From positions 62,001 through 126,000 of the forward strand of contig NW_002060956.1 of NCBI RefSeq assembly GCF_000150275.1: DNA of 64,000 nucleotides, written 5' to 3'. The stretch is from Trichoplax adhaerens (lineage: Eukaryota > Animalia > Placozoa). Made by a program: the position numbers and the translations under genes. Positions 40,813 through 56,300 of this stretch are shown one piece after another (the first letter of the stretch is position 1; the number at the start of each line of letters is the position of its first letter). The notes under the pieces were generated by a model. The model was not told the DNA's origin, did not search any database, and saw only the letters and a program-made list of their open reading frames with translations.

Positions 40813-41986
40813 CAGGTCTGCTAACCAAGGTAGAAGTAAAATAGTTGCAATAGGAATAAATGATGTTGAGATATTAACGATATTCTCGTATCAAAATAAT
40901 ATAGCTGCTAGTAACCATAAATGTTTCAGTTATTAAAATTGCGCTAATAATATTTCACGTACAGTATTCATTCTCACATATCAACAATAACAGAATAGAT
41001 AATAAAAACCGAAATGAGAGACAGAATTTATTATAGAATATCCAGTATCAAGCCTATATAACAGCCGAAATAAGTAAATAGAATGGATTACACGTCCAAG
41101 CATTGACTCTAAAAATAGAACAATAATTATCACCTGTGTTACAACAATAATAGATTTACATTTTCTTTCAATTTTTAATTTGCCCGAAGATATGCGCAAT
41201 AATTTATCGTTTTTTCTAGCAACAAGCATCTGTCACAATCCTCGCTTGTGGTAAGAATTTGCAATAAACTCTAATGTAGGTACGATAACTCGGGCTACTT
41301 CTCTAGTACTTCGAGTCTCCATGTTAGCGATATATGAGAACTTGATTTCTTGGCTGTACACCATAGGCAACTAATTAATTACTTTTTCACGTTGCGACTC
41401 CTACACACTTTTTAAGCAATTACTACTTTTATTTTACAACCATGCGCACTCAAATCAACTTCTACGGCTCAATTATTACCATCTATTATGCTGTTCAATC
41501 TGCAGTAAATTAACATGCAATAGTTTGCATTTAATATCACAATTCTACCATCCAAAGTACTAACTACAAACCTAGCAAAAATTTTACATCAAACATAACA
41601 TTTGACCTTATTTGGGCTATTCTAAGGTATTCATTATTCGAATATTAACTAGTAATACTTAATTGGTAACGCATTATCGTGACAGCATCATATTCAGTCT
41701 TATTAATTAATCATGCGTATGCAATGCTGTCTTCCATATTAAGACCCTACATTTAATTATATTACTATATCATAAGCTATGATGATATAAAGTCGAAATT
41801 ACCTATCATACTGCATGTAAATTTTGCACCTATAACGGTAAGCAGCAGTAATAATTTGTGTTCTATTTTCCAAGTGTGTACTACATTAAATCAGTTTGGA
41901 TTTAATATCAACACCTCACAGTGACTGTGTGCCGTTATAAATATGTGTAAAGGCGCTCTTAAGATATAAAAATTATCCAATGACCT

Positions 41987-42621
41987 TGCGACAGTGTTAT
42001 ATACTGTATTAGAGTAGAAATATCTATGTTAAGATAATTTTGTTAGACTATCCTTATTTAGTTAACTTCTAATTTGGATATACTGTGTTTTAATATAGCA
42101 CTGACTTTTTATGACAGTGACACTTACACACGTACTGAAATTAATAGTTATAATAGGGAATGCAAATCATCTACTTACAGTTCAAATCATTGTGATTGTA
42201 ATTTACTTATGATAGATTGTAAATTATCATGGAAATATTCCGTGATAGGATATATCGTAATCTGACTATTCTGTATTAGTCATCACATGTCTATGTTCGT
42301 AAATACTGTTGTCTGCATTAAGGGAGCAGTAGCTAAAATTAATATCCAATTCAGTAAATGATCCCAATGTTAATCGTATTAGCTATGACTCATGAACTAT
42401 TGAGGAATAGTATATAAATGCAGTATATCGTGTAATAAAGTGGATTCTCAAACTTAGTGTTTAACGTAAAATACGAGGCGTTTAAGTCTTTGTGTAGTCT
42501 GCTAGTAGAGCAAAAGTGTTTCTGATAGTGCAGATATCGTTCCTTGATGCGTGGTTCAAGGAATTGTCTTATTTTTCGTATTGCACATTACGTTATCTTA
42601 TTGCAAAGCTGTTTTGTGACA
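41987..42621 (+). mobile_element. Solo LTR, family E
   Basis: TG...GTGACA termini with perfect TSD GACCT. Empty site at ~8452. TATATAAA ~42411 and AATAAA ~42434. Confidence 0.85.
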
Positions 42622-42947
42622 GACCTCTAGATTCTTCATTTATATACGGCTACTATTTTCTACTGATAGCAAAATTTGCTCAAATTCCTAATCATATTCA
42701 AAGAGGGCTAATCATGTACTAAACTTCAACCTGTCATACTTTAAGAAGTATAAAATCAAGTTTGTATATGTAAAATTAAAATAGAATTTGTGCCCCTATA
42801 TCATTATCTCATAACTGAACAACAGTAGTTCGTCAGATAACTTAAAAATCAAGTTTTATTTGATTATAATAAACAGTACTTTGCAATATTAATCAAGGCA
42901 TCATTATTAAAAATATTAGTTGAAATGTATGAAACAAATATTGCAAC

Positions 42948-43436
42948 TATGATGGAGGGTTCGATATCTCAGAGGATTGAGATTTAGTCGCCATTTATGA
43001 TTAATACAACAAAGGGTTTATAAAAGTTATGCTTTATTGTAGGTTAGTAATGTGAAGTACAGTGAGGTAGTTACGGTAGATCAGCGTGCAAGCTGTCGTG
43101 AGTAACGAGTAGAAGTATTAGACTGTGAGAGACTAACTAGAAGACTAACTGAGAGGCTAATGAACTCTGTGGTAGAAATCGCCGGTATTTATAGTTTTAA
43201 AGATAGAGCACATGCAGAGAATAGGATTGTGGAATTAGATGCAACATATACCATAACAGGTTACAAAATAGCAGATGATTGTAGAAAACAGCGAGTACCG
43301 TAATAACTAAATACAGTAGTCTATATATGAATGTAGAGTAAGCGGACTGTAGATCTGTCTAAATATAAGAGCAATACAACAAAATGTCTATATTTAAGAG
43401 TAGAATATAGTTACAGTATATTCTAAATACACTACA
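42948..43436 (-). mobile_element. Solo LTR, family F
   Basis: Perfect TSD GCAAC (42943-42947, 43437-43441). Termini TA(TG mutated?)...CTACA. Minus-strand TATAAATA ~43190 and AATAAA ~43033. Confidence 0.75.
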
Positions 43437-43464
43437 GCAACCATGATGTTTGATTGGATAGTTA

Positions 43465-43560
43465 CTAGTGCAAACTCCCGTCGCTTTGCTGACGGTTTAC
43501 GATAATGTGCTCATTTAACAGATAGTATTACCATTTGTCGTACTCAGTAGACCTGTCAGA
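43465..43560 (-). mobile_element. Second Helitron-like copy (inverted relative to 38932-39018)
   Basis: Reverse complement of 38932-39018 with a ~9-bp indel, including the hairpin and CTAG end. Confidence 0.7.
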
Positions 43561-46500
43561 GGTTCAGTAACTTTATAAAGTGTACTGTGTACTATTTATG
43601 AAAAATTTCTATACGGATATTTTTTAGAGGAATTAGTATGATATTACCTATGATATTATGCATAATGGCTACGACACAGGCGTAGACCGCAGAATTAATA
43701 GGCAAGTTGAATTTGAACCGCCGAAATAATGCTATTGTTCACTTATTTTGCCTCTGAAAATAGGCACATCAATAATACTGATATACATATACGAACGAGT
43801 TAATGGAGATCAGTAAAAGTTATTTCTTGCAACGTTTTAGAATATACTAACCTATCCGGTATCAACGAATTCTTATTATAAGCTCTTCGTTACGATATTG
43901 CTCATTAGCTTAATTAAATGCTATAAATGCTATCAGCGACGGAACCATAAATAGTTAGGAATAAATTTGAACTGATTTTCTATTAACATCTGACCTCGAA
44001 TCATAAACGAACTTGTTAACTAATATTGGATGTATGATCGCATTGTACGGATCTCTGATGAATTATTAATCTACGTCGACTAATGTTAGCTAATTTGATA
44101 ATATCTTTATGATCTAAACTTCGATATACGTTGCTTAGGCTCCTTTTTCCTGTCATTATCGGAGATAATGATATTGAAACTTTTTTATATTTCCATTGCT
44201 GGATTTATTCCTTATTTTTATTTGTATACGAACATCCATTATTATTAACGAAGAACAGACTTCAAATGGTATATGTATTAATAAGATGTACGTAAGATTC
44301 ATATATATAAATTCAAATTATGCACGTCATTCAATGGGACTATCTTTGTATTTCAAATTAATAATTATTCTACTTTAAGTGCGAATAGTCATAATGAAGA
44401 TATCTACTGTTAACATTTAGAGAAAATGTAATCGAATATTTGCCGTATCTTCAAACTTGGTAATAATTTATTATTATGTTAGCTATATCTACAGCCAGAA
44501 ATAAAGCTATTATAATAGATAAGAATACCAATGTTACCGCAACGACTAATGCTATGTATTATTTTACGGAAATAGATAGAAATCACCTCGATGAATTCTC
44601 TTATTTTTACTTTCGTCCTGCAAGTAGACAAGTACAATATGTACAGAATAGATTATTTATTCTGATATTTATATGAAAAGTTTAAAACGAGAATAAATTT
44701 AATAAATATTGTCTCTGACTAAGTGACGGAAGCATCTTATTTAATTTTTATATTGAGCTTTATTAATAAGTGCCCCTTATAAGAGACAGCAAGGCCTTTC
44801 TTTGATTTTATGGGCGCAGTTAGGCTCCATTAATTTCTAACATTTCTGCTAAATGATTAAAAAACTAGATCGGATTGATCTGGAATGATTCTTATTATGT
44901 ATCTACGTTATTATTTTGCTCAATAGTAACTACGATATTGAGAGTTACACAGCGATCACATATTAATACTAAATAATATATACTACATCCAATTTTATCT
45001 TACCATTATAATCACTTTTTTTTTATACCGTGCATATTAATTCTATTATGGACTTAAATATATGATTAATGAAATTTTAAAGAAAAAAATGATGCTATTC
45101 GTGCATTAGCATTGTTTCATAGTACATCTGATCACAATATATAATTAATTATGATGTCTAGACACTAATTAGTCTCCTCCTGTAATATATATTGATCGTT
45201 ACTGTTCACTTTATATCTGAAATTTAACGTTCGTTAGTTAGCCGTAACTGATTATGCGAAACCATAATTTGAAACCACGTTTTGTTGACTGCAACTTTCA
45301 ATATTAAAGATAACAGAAGGAAAAAATTGTAGCAAGCAAATAAACTCGCATAATTAGGCTATTTTAGAGCAATAGATTTCAGTAGCTCTAACATATCATA
45401 CAGTACAGTATACTAGTCTGTAACCCATCTCAAATTTACTGATTTTGATTTTATCTAAGAATTTATAAGGTAAAATATGCTTAAATGTTAGGATATTTGT
45501 GAAATTAGTTCGTAATTTATATATTACTCAAGAAATAATTAATATCAAAGTGGTTGTACTGCCAATTAAGTAACAATCCGATAATATTTCCAGTTTCATA
45601 TAAGTATCATAGTCAAAGTGCAGATATTTTTTAGCTGCTGCAGCCCCCTGCCTTAAGAGCATAATCGGTATCTTGAGTTAATCCATATATATGGTCATGG
45701 ACTAGTAGAAATTACTACTTGTGTAGTTATTTCTAGTAATCCATAGTATGATAGTAGTATTAATTTCACTCTAGTAGTCGAAGTATATAACGTGTAATAT
45801 TAACTGTTTGAATATCCTACTGTCGCAAATTGATTATTCCTAGCGAAATTCTTACAGTATCTTATTTTGGAAAATAACATAACTTGCTCTTTGCTGATAT
45901 GACTATTATCTGCTATCTCATACTTTTGCAGGTAAACTGTATACTTTAATAATATGATCTAAATTCCTAATATCCATGTATGATTGTCAGGCACGGTACT
46001 GTATGATCATATCATGATTTCTACTGCATATTTCGTCTTTAGCTGTTGCTGCTACCCATCGTACTTTGCTGTATATGTTTACGTTTATTAAATGAGCATT
46101 TAAGGTAGTAGATTACTTATAGACTTTTAATTTACGTTCCCTTATCGTAAAAGTTAGTTTATTACCTTATTAAATATGTTCAATTATCGCATAATAATTA
46201 AGTTTATCGTAATGCAAAGCTCAGTCACGAAATCGGATATGTCAATTTGTAGACGTACAAGTAGATTTTTGTAATGGGCAATTAGAATAACAGTTTCAAA
46301 GTAGTAATATAGCTTAATTTTATTTAATCTAGTCAACGAATCAATCCATCCTGCTTTCTGAACTCTTAATGCTGTATTGTTAATAACTAAGCCACAAATC
46401 AGTCCCAACCACTTCGAAATATCGTATATACTGTTCTCTAAAATTTATTTTCCGATATCAATGTGATATCTAGCGAAACAGATAAACTTATTAATCAATT

Positions 46501-47399
46501 AAAGACCCACAAAATGGGGAATTATCTTTATTAAGCAATTGAGGATACTTCTATTGCAAACGATCAATCGTTCAGATTTTGATAGCTATAATCACGATAA
46601 TATAGCAATTTATTGTACCAATACTGATTTAAAAATCGTTTCCATGACCATAGTTATCAGTTCAACAGTAATTAATACGCGTTGAGATAACGTTTTTTCT
46701 ATTTAAGTACTCGTTATTTATGTATATCTGGTATATTTGTAACATGATAAAATAATATACATTTAGATTGTATTGGAAACAATAGTAAAAGTATCTATAT
46801 AATTTGAATTCAGCTATAATTTCATATCAGAAATATTGATAATTTCCTATTATAATATTTACAGAATTGCATTTCAATAAAGATAATCGGAGCAGTCTAT
46901 ATCTACTTCATACATATATATGTATGCAGTAATAACGTGAGTACCGTAGTTACTAAATTTTACTGTCAGGGAATATTTTAATGAATTCATTTTTACCTTC
47001 TTCTTTAATCCAGGTCAACTAAGCTAAATCATTCAAAACTGAGATCCTTGTCGATGATTAAGTTATAACTGAATAGTCTTATATTACTAATAAGAGAGTA
47101 TCTCCAGAAAAACTACTCTATTTTCTAGCCCTATTTAAACTTATTGAAATACAGTTGATCTATACTGAATTGCATCAAATTATTAAAGTGATAAAATATC
47201 GCAAGATTTTGCTATATGTAAGCCATAATCTACTAGTCTCTAACATCGTTGCACATATGAAGAAACTAAATATGTAGAATAAATAAGCAATAAAGAATGA
47301 TGATTAGTATTCTACGAGCTATATAAGCGAGGACTTCTGAGAGAAGTCTTTGATATAAGTCTGTGATAAAATATATCAACGCTTAAGTATTCTCAACAA

Positions 47400-50300
47400 T
47401 TAGCAATCGTCAATCTTGTTAATATCAGTAACTGACGCCTTAGAATTCTGTGATGAGTTTTCGACTCCAATGCTCCATCTGTCATAATTCAATTATTATC
47501 GATATTAGTTTTAACTTATTTAAAGTATGTGTAATATGAGTATTTTTAATGTTGATTATAATCTAAAATCAGATTGATCATCATATCTGCTAGTTCTATA
47601 CACATGAATTTAGTTAATTGCTAACCTACTAAATGAAAGGGTAAGCTTATATTGATCTAGATAGATAAATACGAAAATAATCATGAAAAGAAAAATTATA
47701 GTTAATTTCCCAATGTTTCGTTAACAAAGCCAATAAACACATGTTTCGCTGGCATATGGAGCTTTGATGTAAGGTCGAAGGTAAAACTGTAATACTGTAC
47801 ATGAATTCGCTATAGCAGTATACCTGGAGATAGAGTTTCACATACGATTGGACTGCTGACCAACTTATTCGAAGTAATTGATCCTCGTGTGCCATCTCTT
47901 TGACTTTCACAAGGAGCGTTTTTCGTTACTGAAGCAGGGGTAACTGGTATCTTAATGAAATGACTAATGTCTCTAGTCTAGATGAGAAAATAAAGTTACA
48001 AGTTTTCAATAAATAGATCAACTTTAACCATAAATAACCCAGCTAAATAAAAGTGAACATTTAAGTTAAAGCTACACTAAAGCTACTATAAAATGCAATA
48101 GAATGAATGGCACTAATATTTTAATAGAATAAAAAATTGTTTTCTATTTTATACCTTCAAATCTTTACTAGTATCCCCAGGATAGTGAGCAGGAAATATC
48201 GAAGTAGAAAATTTAAATTTTCGTCGAAGACATTCTTTTACCTAAAAACGTCGTAATAAAGTATTTACTATACGAGCGCATTAATAAAAGCTGCTATCTG
48301 TTTTTACAGCTTCTTATTAGCGCTGGATCCTTTCATTTTTTTGATGTTCAGAAATGTAAATTAAAAAAATATGAAAAATTCAATAGCTGGTTTATTCGAT
48401 CCAGCCTATGAAAAACTTACGTCACGATCGGTAAAGCAATGAAAGTAAAAGATTAAGAATCCCTATAATAGGCATACAATTTCATAATATTAGACAGCAC
48501 TGGTTTTAACAGTACGGTAGTTACATGATATATCCTAATTATGGCTAATTCGTGAAACTGTCGGCTAAAACTTACTTGTGGACTATTGATGATCGTAAAT
48601 AGATAGCCGAAAACAAGTTGATTAGTTGAGAAATATAAGATACCAAATATCCAGGATATCCCAAATAGGAAGATCAAAGAGGTTACGGCTTTTATTCCGA
48701 CTCTGTTTTATGAAAGAACTAATTAATATTCCTAATATTTCATTTTATTAGTTGATGGAATTCGCTTATATATTAACACACATAATTATAATTATATATA
48801 GCTGAAGTTCTAAATTTGAATAGTTGGGATCATATACTGCTGTAGTTTCTATCATTACTATTCTAATTCTTAAAAGTACTCATAGTACTTAAATAAAACC
48901 TAATGCAGAAGTTCGCTACTTCTTTGCTTCAATAAGTAATTTAGATTAGAGTTAATTGGTAAATCCATCCTTTTTTAATTAGTGATTTCATATCATCACT
49001 GCTGAAAAACTTGTAAATTAAATTACTATATTTTAAAGTTATCTATTAAGGTATGTAAGTTAATTTCTATATTCTACCGAATTACCACACTATAACTTTT
49101 CAGTCTCTATTCGATCATTATTCTAATGGAGTAGACTATTTATATTCATTTTTAGCTAATAATGGATTACTTAAGCTTTTGAAGTTCGGTCTTTTGAATC
49201 ATGGCTGTAATAGAGTAAAGGGATTTCATCGCAGTAACAGCAATAGCACAGTTACACTAAACATAAATTAGTATCAAAGAATATTGAAAATTAAATGGCA
49301 ATAATCTATGTTCATATACTATATTAAAACACTGATGAAAACAAGCAATTACTCTTTGAAACTATCAGTAATATAGACTGAAAATTAGATTTATAATTAT
49401 AAAGCAGCATTCATAAGCTACTAATCAGCAGGGCAATAAATCTTATGATGTGATACGTTACGCTAAATCAAGCTTTATGTTGTCGATTTAAGGAGATACA
49501 AACGCAAGGATTAATTATTTAATATTTTATAATCAAGCTTAAAATAAATCTTTGTACCGTAATTATTAACATGACAGGTCCAACGAAAAACCACATTTGA
49601 CCGCTTGCATTCTTTATCCAACAACTATGAATTCATTTTCAAAATTTTCAATCATGTTAATAACGTTTTATCTTCGTAAGTAACATAAACTAGAAGTATG
49701 TCGCCGCTTACTAATCTGAATTCTGATATGCATTTACATCCGTGCCAACTGATATCGCAACAATAACTGCTGGAGGAGCTATAAAAATGCGATTAAAGGA
49801 AATGGTTCATTATAATTATAGTTATAATCTTATAAGTAAACCACAGCAAAGGTAAGATGCATGTGAGTAATTGAAACATAAGCGAACCAATTCACTGTGA
49901 GTGATATTAACAAATATTGAACAAGTTGTCTTTAATACAGAATCAAGCATCAGTTACCATATTCTATCTGAAAATATCAGCTGGTATAAAGACATTCTGA
50001 CACTATTTCTCACAGCATCATAATTAATATGTAGGATAAAGACTTACACCATCCTAGTATAAAATAGTATCGCCTAAGTCTTAAATCTAGTTTTCGTCTC
50101 ATCGACGTGATTTTCTGTAGTAATAATATCGCTTCCATCATCATCCACATTAAGCTAGCTAAATAGAAAAAATGTAGACCGATGGCGATAGCAATACACA
50201 AAGCCTATTAGCCCATAATATGATAAATAAAACGTTAGCCATCTTGAAAATACTAGTGACTGCACTTTATATATAGAGAGAGAGAATAGTTAACAGTATA

Positions 50301-53300
50301 AAACTAAATATCATCGACTACAAAATATTTATCCTAATTTAGTAAGTAGCAATTTACCGGTATCTCAGTCGCATTGATACCAACTAAAAATCCACAAATA
50401 GATGTCGCCATAGCGATAGCCAAATTGAGATGGATAAAATTCTTGATGGAATATAATTTTCTGCGTTGAAAAATTCGTCAGAGATTGAATACATGATTGA
50501 AACTGCATTAATACTTAATCATCAACTTTAGTTAACATCATCGTTGGCAATCTGTATCACTTAATAAAAATTCGACTATCACATTGTAAGTTATCTATGG
50601 TATTGTTTCCACTAAAAAGAAATTGAAACTGCTGTACTTACATCACTATTTTATATAATTTAGCATTGACCTCGGTATCATAGGAATTAACAGACATTGA
50701 AGTACAGCAATATACAATAAGGATAGGTTGATTTTATGTACGTGACTATACGCGTATAATCTATTTCATAATTGATTCAATTTCAAGTAAAAACGACGTA
50801 CCTATTTCCAGTAAATATAATAATCATAATGATCAGAGATGACAAGGAAATAGTATAACCAACGTAGGTAAAACTGCGAAGAATACCATCATGAGTTGGA
50901 CTTAGCGCCTATTTAAAACGGCAAATAGAATTATTGAAATCCTCTCTTGGTTTATATAAGTAATTTTTCGTCCGATTTATGTATCCTTGAAGTATCATAA
51001 CAACTTCAGTAACGTACGCAAAGTCATTTACCAAGTTTGCCACTAAATTAGAATTAAGTTATAAATATTACCGAATTAACATTAATATTGAGACTATTTA
51101 AAGAAGGATACTTCTAAGATTGGATTGTTTGATTTAGCGTAAATGCAGAATTTCAAGTTTCAGATGATATACCTTTGAGCCTTGCATAATAACTGCAAAG
51201 CTCGTAAAATGGTTAGTCATACAACGGATGATAGTAGAATTAGAACTTTTTAATACTAGTCCATAATCTGACCAACAATTGGATCTAAAATATGAACATT
51301 GAAATATATCAGTTAATTAAGAAGCAGTGGTGGAAAGCAATCATTTCTTGAAGTGACTACTTTACAAGTTTACCCTCTCTCCCAATAAACACATTGATAA
51401 GCTGGTTTAACCTTGATAGAAATATTCATATGAGCTGTTAGTGCTAAACTGTTACGTTTATGTCATAAAATCATCATATGAGGATGAAAATATTATACGA
51501 ACTTGATAATGCTGTACTTTAAACTTGAGCTCAACTGGTATATTAAACTTTTGATGGTGGATTGGAATTACTGAACAAGAAACAATATCGGTGATAACAT
51601 TCGCAGACGCATTTGCAACGCTAGCAATGATTAATCATCGAAAGAGTTATTCAAGAATAAGAGCAGCCAATAGAAAGCGATTTTAGGTACTGCATGAAAA
51701 GTGTCAAGAATACCTGTGATTACTTCGATATTTTTGACTTCCATCTAACTTATAAAGCCGAATAACTATCGTGATCACCTCATCTAGAATTTTTATAGAA
51801 ACAAAATCATACATATGTATATATTTAAATTGGATAAATGTCCACATTGATTAATATGAATTTCATAAAACTATTGTGCAATTCGGTGTACGGCCATAAC
51901 AAAATTCATAAAACCAATTATTAGTCAGCAAGAAAAATTGTTTCTGAGATACTTGCTTTGTTAGCACAATACTTGGGTAAAAAATATGATGTATGGTAAA
52001 GTACTCTACCTAATTAAATAAGCAAGAAAGTAACTTTATCTTACCGTCATGAGAAAATTTAAATACAGACTTAGGAATGACAACTTCAGCAGTAGAACTA
52101 TCTGATATCGATAGTCTAAATGTAGTTACCGCTTTTATATCAGATACTGGAGCGGATTTAATAATCAATTCTAGAATAGACAAAGATGACGATAAAATTA
52201 CATGAACAACTTCAGTAGACAGAATTCAATTCTTAATAACTATTCTTTCTATGAACTATGCTGAAATTTAATATATCAAAGCTGAAAGCAGGCAGTTTAT
52301 ATCTTTAAGCTAAAATGAAAATATTATAACTTTTTGTAATCAATAACAATAAAATATGTAGCTGGGAGAGCCATAAAATAATGAACGCAATTAAATCTTA
52401 ACAACATAAGAGAAAACTTTTCTCTGCCTAAAATCCATTATCAGATCTAGCTACCTGAATCCAGATTGGATATGGTGAATTCACCGACAATTTTTGCTTT
52501 GTTCAATTCTTTAGCCAATTTAGCATCGTGTTGTTCAATTTCTTCTACAGTAGATGTGAAATTCTAAACGGTAAAATGGAGAAAAAAGCTCTCATTAAGA
52601 GCAGATAACTGCTAATTTTTTATATTTACTAAAACTAATCACTGGGATTCCATTAAATATATGGTCTCAATAATTAACAATCATAAAGTATGCCATACAT
52701 CATAAAAGTATGCCAATAAACTAAAATTTAACTCAATATGTAGCCTAACCTCGCTAGCTTCGCTGGTTGCCTTTGCCATAAGGCGATTATTTCTTGATCG
52801 TACTAGATTAATCTAGATCAAAGTAGAATTCAGAAATGGTATTATGGAATTTTTTATGCTTAATCATTGCTAGGCCAATCCTCTTACTGGTACTTTACTA
52901 TCTTGATTTCAATTGCTAATATTAATCTAATACAAGTAAAATAGTGTTTAAAATTGATATATTCAAATTAACGTCAACTCTATTTTTCCTGTATTTACTA
53001 AGGCTAACATTCTCTTCAAGCTTAGCTAGCGTCGACTTAAAAATTTTTGCGTGCCATGTTCAAATTACTTGCTCTAGCTTATGTCTTTATTTTCAATTTA
53101 AGTAATGAAATAATAGACCCTGTAAATGGTCGAGTAGTAACAAAACAATCGCATTCAAACTTGAAATGATGTTTTTCAATTTATGATACCGCTGTAGGAT
53201 GCATTATCGTCTCCAACGTCACTGACAAAATTGGTTCATAGCTTGTCCCTCAGTATAAACGTTTCTTTTTATTGAATAACTTATCTTGCGATATTTCTAG

Positions 53301-56300
53301 TACTTACCAAGTTAGAAGTTTTGTTTTGGCTTAGGGAATTAACAGCGTTGCCAGACGGATCTAGCGTCGTGCTTGGTGAGACTAAAATACGTAATTGAAC
53401 AACAATTATCCCAGGAGCAAATGGTAGTCAAAATTCAGAGTTACTTAATAAAGTACTTCAAAAATAGCATTATAACAACTTTGAATTCTTGTTAAGCTTC
53501 AATTCATCGTATCTATTAGTTTTCTTACCAACACTTGTACAGTCTAATAAACTATCCTACGACACGATCTGTTCAGGGACTACACAATTTATTATCAATT
53601 ATGCCCCTTGAAGCAGTGTGGGACGCAAAGATACGTCCATTCTACTGATGAGTGCATGATTTTTATATGCACCAAGAGTTCAGTAGCTAGAATGTACATA
53701 GATAAATTCCGATGCTAATGTATAATAACGATTTAAGTTCTGTAGACTTTAATCGTGTTCTATCCTGTTTTACTCCACATTCTACTAGAATTATCTTATC
53801 CATCAATACTACTACGGTATTCTTAGATTAATAAAAAATGCAATAAATAGGTTTTATCTCCATAGTTTTTATTGCACGACTGTCATACCTTCAATATACA
53901 CCACCACTATAACTAGCTAAAATAGCTACAAATAGTCGGGATATTTATGCTAGTATTTCAAGCCAATTAGACTTATGAGCCTTGCAAGGTTCGTAATTAG
54001 TCTAGTGCTACTGTAGAGATATTTTATTGACAATTAAGGAACATTCCCTCAGTACTTTCGGTCTATAGAGTTGTACAAGAATCGTTAGTTAAGGTTAACG
54101 TTATTTGCTAAAGCAAACTTGATAGGTTTTAGTTCGAGCCCATTAATTCAGTAATGGATGGGGAATTTCTTAATAAAGTGTGGCAATCAATTGGGGTTGG
54201 CTTAAAGCTATTTCTTCTAAAACCATCAATCTTATGCCTTACCTATAGGATATCTCTTGGACTGTTCCGATGGAGCACTAGTTATCGAAGCACTTTTATA
54301 TCGATAGACTGATTCTTTAAAGACGCAGCTATGATGACCATTGGATGCCGAACATGAGCTATAATCTTTAACTTTTTCATTGTCTAAATTGAAGGATTGA
54401 TTAGCTTAATGTTACTATTGTAGGATAGAAAAGATAGAGGGGAAAATGGCAAGAAATACAGTTATCTCTAAGATAAAATTATTAAGAATAAATACGAGAT
54501 ATGACCATATTGGGATCATCTGTACATAAGTAGTAAGTTTACCGTTCCTGTAAAGTTTCATATCTATTCTATTCTAATGTTTGAGAGAGTAGACCTAACA
54601 CCATGATGTTTTTCAATAAAGCTTAAACAGCCTCACCTGTTAATATAAGATCAATCATATCTTCAATTGTCGAATCCAAATGAGCAGAAGGTGCTACTGG
54701 ATGAATATTAGAAGTTGTAGTATCTGCAAGGATACTAATGACATCGGTATCCGCGGAAATAGACGATTTAGTGCTATGTGTAGATGTTGTAGATACTTCC
54801 AAGGAGGTAATACTCAAGGTAGATCTCGGAGATGAATAGGATATTAAAAAGTTTGTGAGTGCATTATGTTTTACAGTATTATCAAAATTGGCGAAGTTCT
54901 GTGGATCTATCAATCGATGATATTCTGCTGTTAATGATCGATCCGAAGAAGAATGAAAGAGAATACTAGAACTTAAAGTGTTATAATATCGAGCGTAATC
55001 TTGACTCGATAAAGTCCTATCATTGGAATTAACTTGGTAAGTACTGAATTGGGATGAATGATGAACATTTGATATTAGCTTATGGCTGCTACTAACGAAT
55101 CCTAAATCTTGTCTACTTGTTGATAATAGACTTGAGCCAACTGATAAAACTCCATCTTTAGGATGCGTCCTAGAATTGGATAAATTAATATGATTTACAG
55201 AGCGTAATGCTCGTTCATCGTTTTGATATGTTCTAGTGCTCCGATCCAATGCCAGTTTATGCTTGATATTGAAAGTCTTAAGACGGCTAAAATCGTTGAT
55301 AATCAATGATGAAGAAAATATAGCGATGCTTTCATGATCTGCTGTTGAAGATAAAGATAATACTTTATGAAATGATGTAGTTGAAATAATATCAGAAGAT
55401 GGGCTGCTAGAAATGGCAGCGGCAAATAGAGCATTAGCTCTACCTGGTGGTTCTTCACTAGGCTGCTCCATAGTAGCTGACGACAATGGACGTAAATCAT
55501 TCGATGTTAACGATGTTGACTTACTTACTATAGTTTTAGACAGTTTAAACAGTTCAGAATTAGGAGACATTTTTTCGTAATTTGAAAAGGGTGATAAAAC
55601 GGATATTCCACGAGTTGATATAACCTCAATATTGTTAGAATCCTGCCTGTTTATGGAAGACAGCAAAGAATGCATGTTCATTGAGCTGGTGCGGATATCA
55701 TCATTATTATCTGAATGGATAAATGATGTATGTAGTATATTAATGTTATTAATCATGTTTGAGGATAAAACCACATTAGTTTGCTTGTCTAACATTGGTG
55801 ATAAAAATATAGATAAATCGTTTTTTGTTGAAGTATTGTAGGTTTTCGTGAAAACAGTCCGATGTTCTAAATTATTTGCATCGTTAGCAGAAATAGAAGA
55901 ACTGCTAGTTACCACTGTTGAAGGTAAGCTTTCAACTGCAGTTGCAAAAATACTATTCTGATCCGAGCTGATAATATGATTTACCGATTGCTCATAATCA
56001 GAAATATTGTCGCTGGAGCTAAAATCAGATGTACTTTTCGAGGGCGCCGACGATAAACCATCAGTATGAAAATTTTCTACATGACTAGAAGTAAAATGAA
56101 AGGACATTTCTTCAGAGTTCCAACTAGTTGCAGCAGTTGAAGTAAATGATACAAGTGCAAGTTGATTATCTCCTATTGATTTCAACTCAGTAGAGAGAGA
56201 TGAAGCCAATAAACTATGGATAGAAGTTAATTCTAAATTATATCTCAAACTGCTCTCGTCAGTCGATGGCCAAAGTCCTGTAATAGTATTAGAATCACTA

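Larger units (their letters stand above)
23800..44247. repeat. Segmental duplication block B (contains gene 2)
   Basis: Colinear with 300-9507 on both sides of gene 2's body. Confidence 0.9.
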
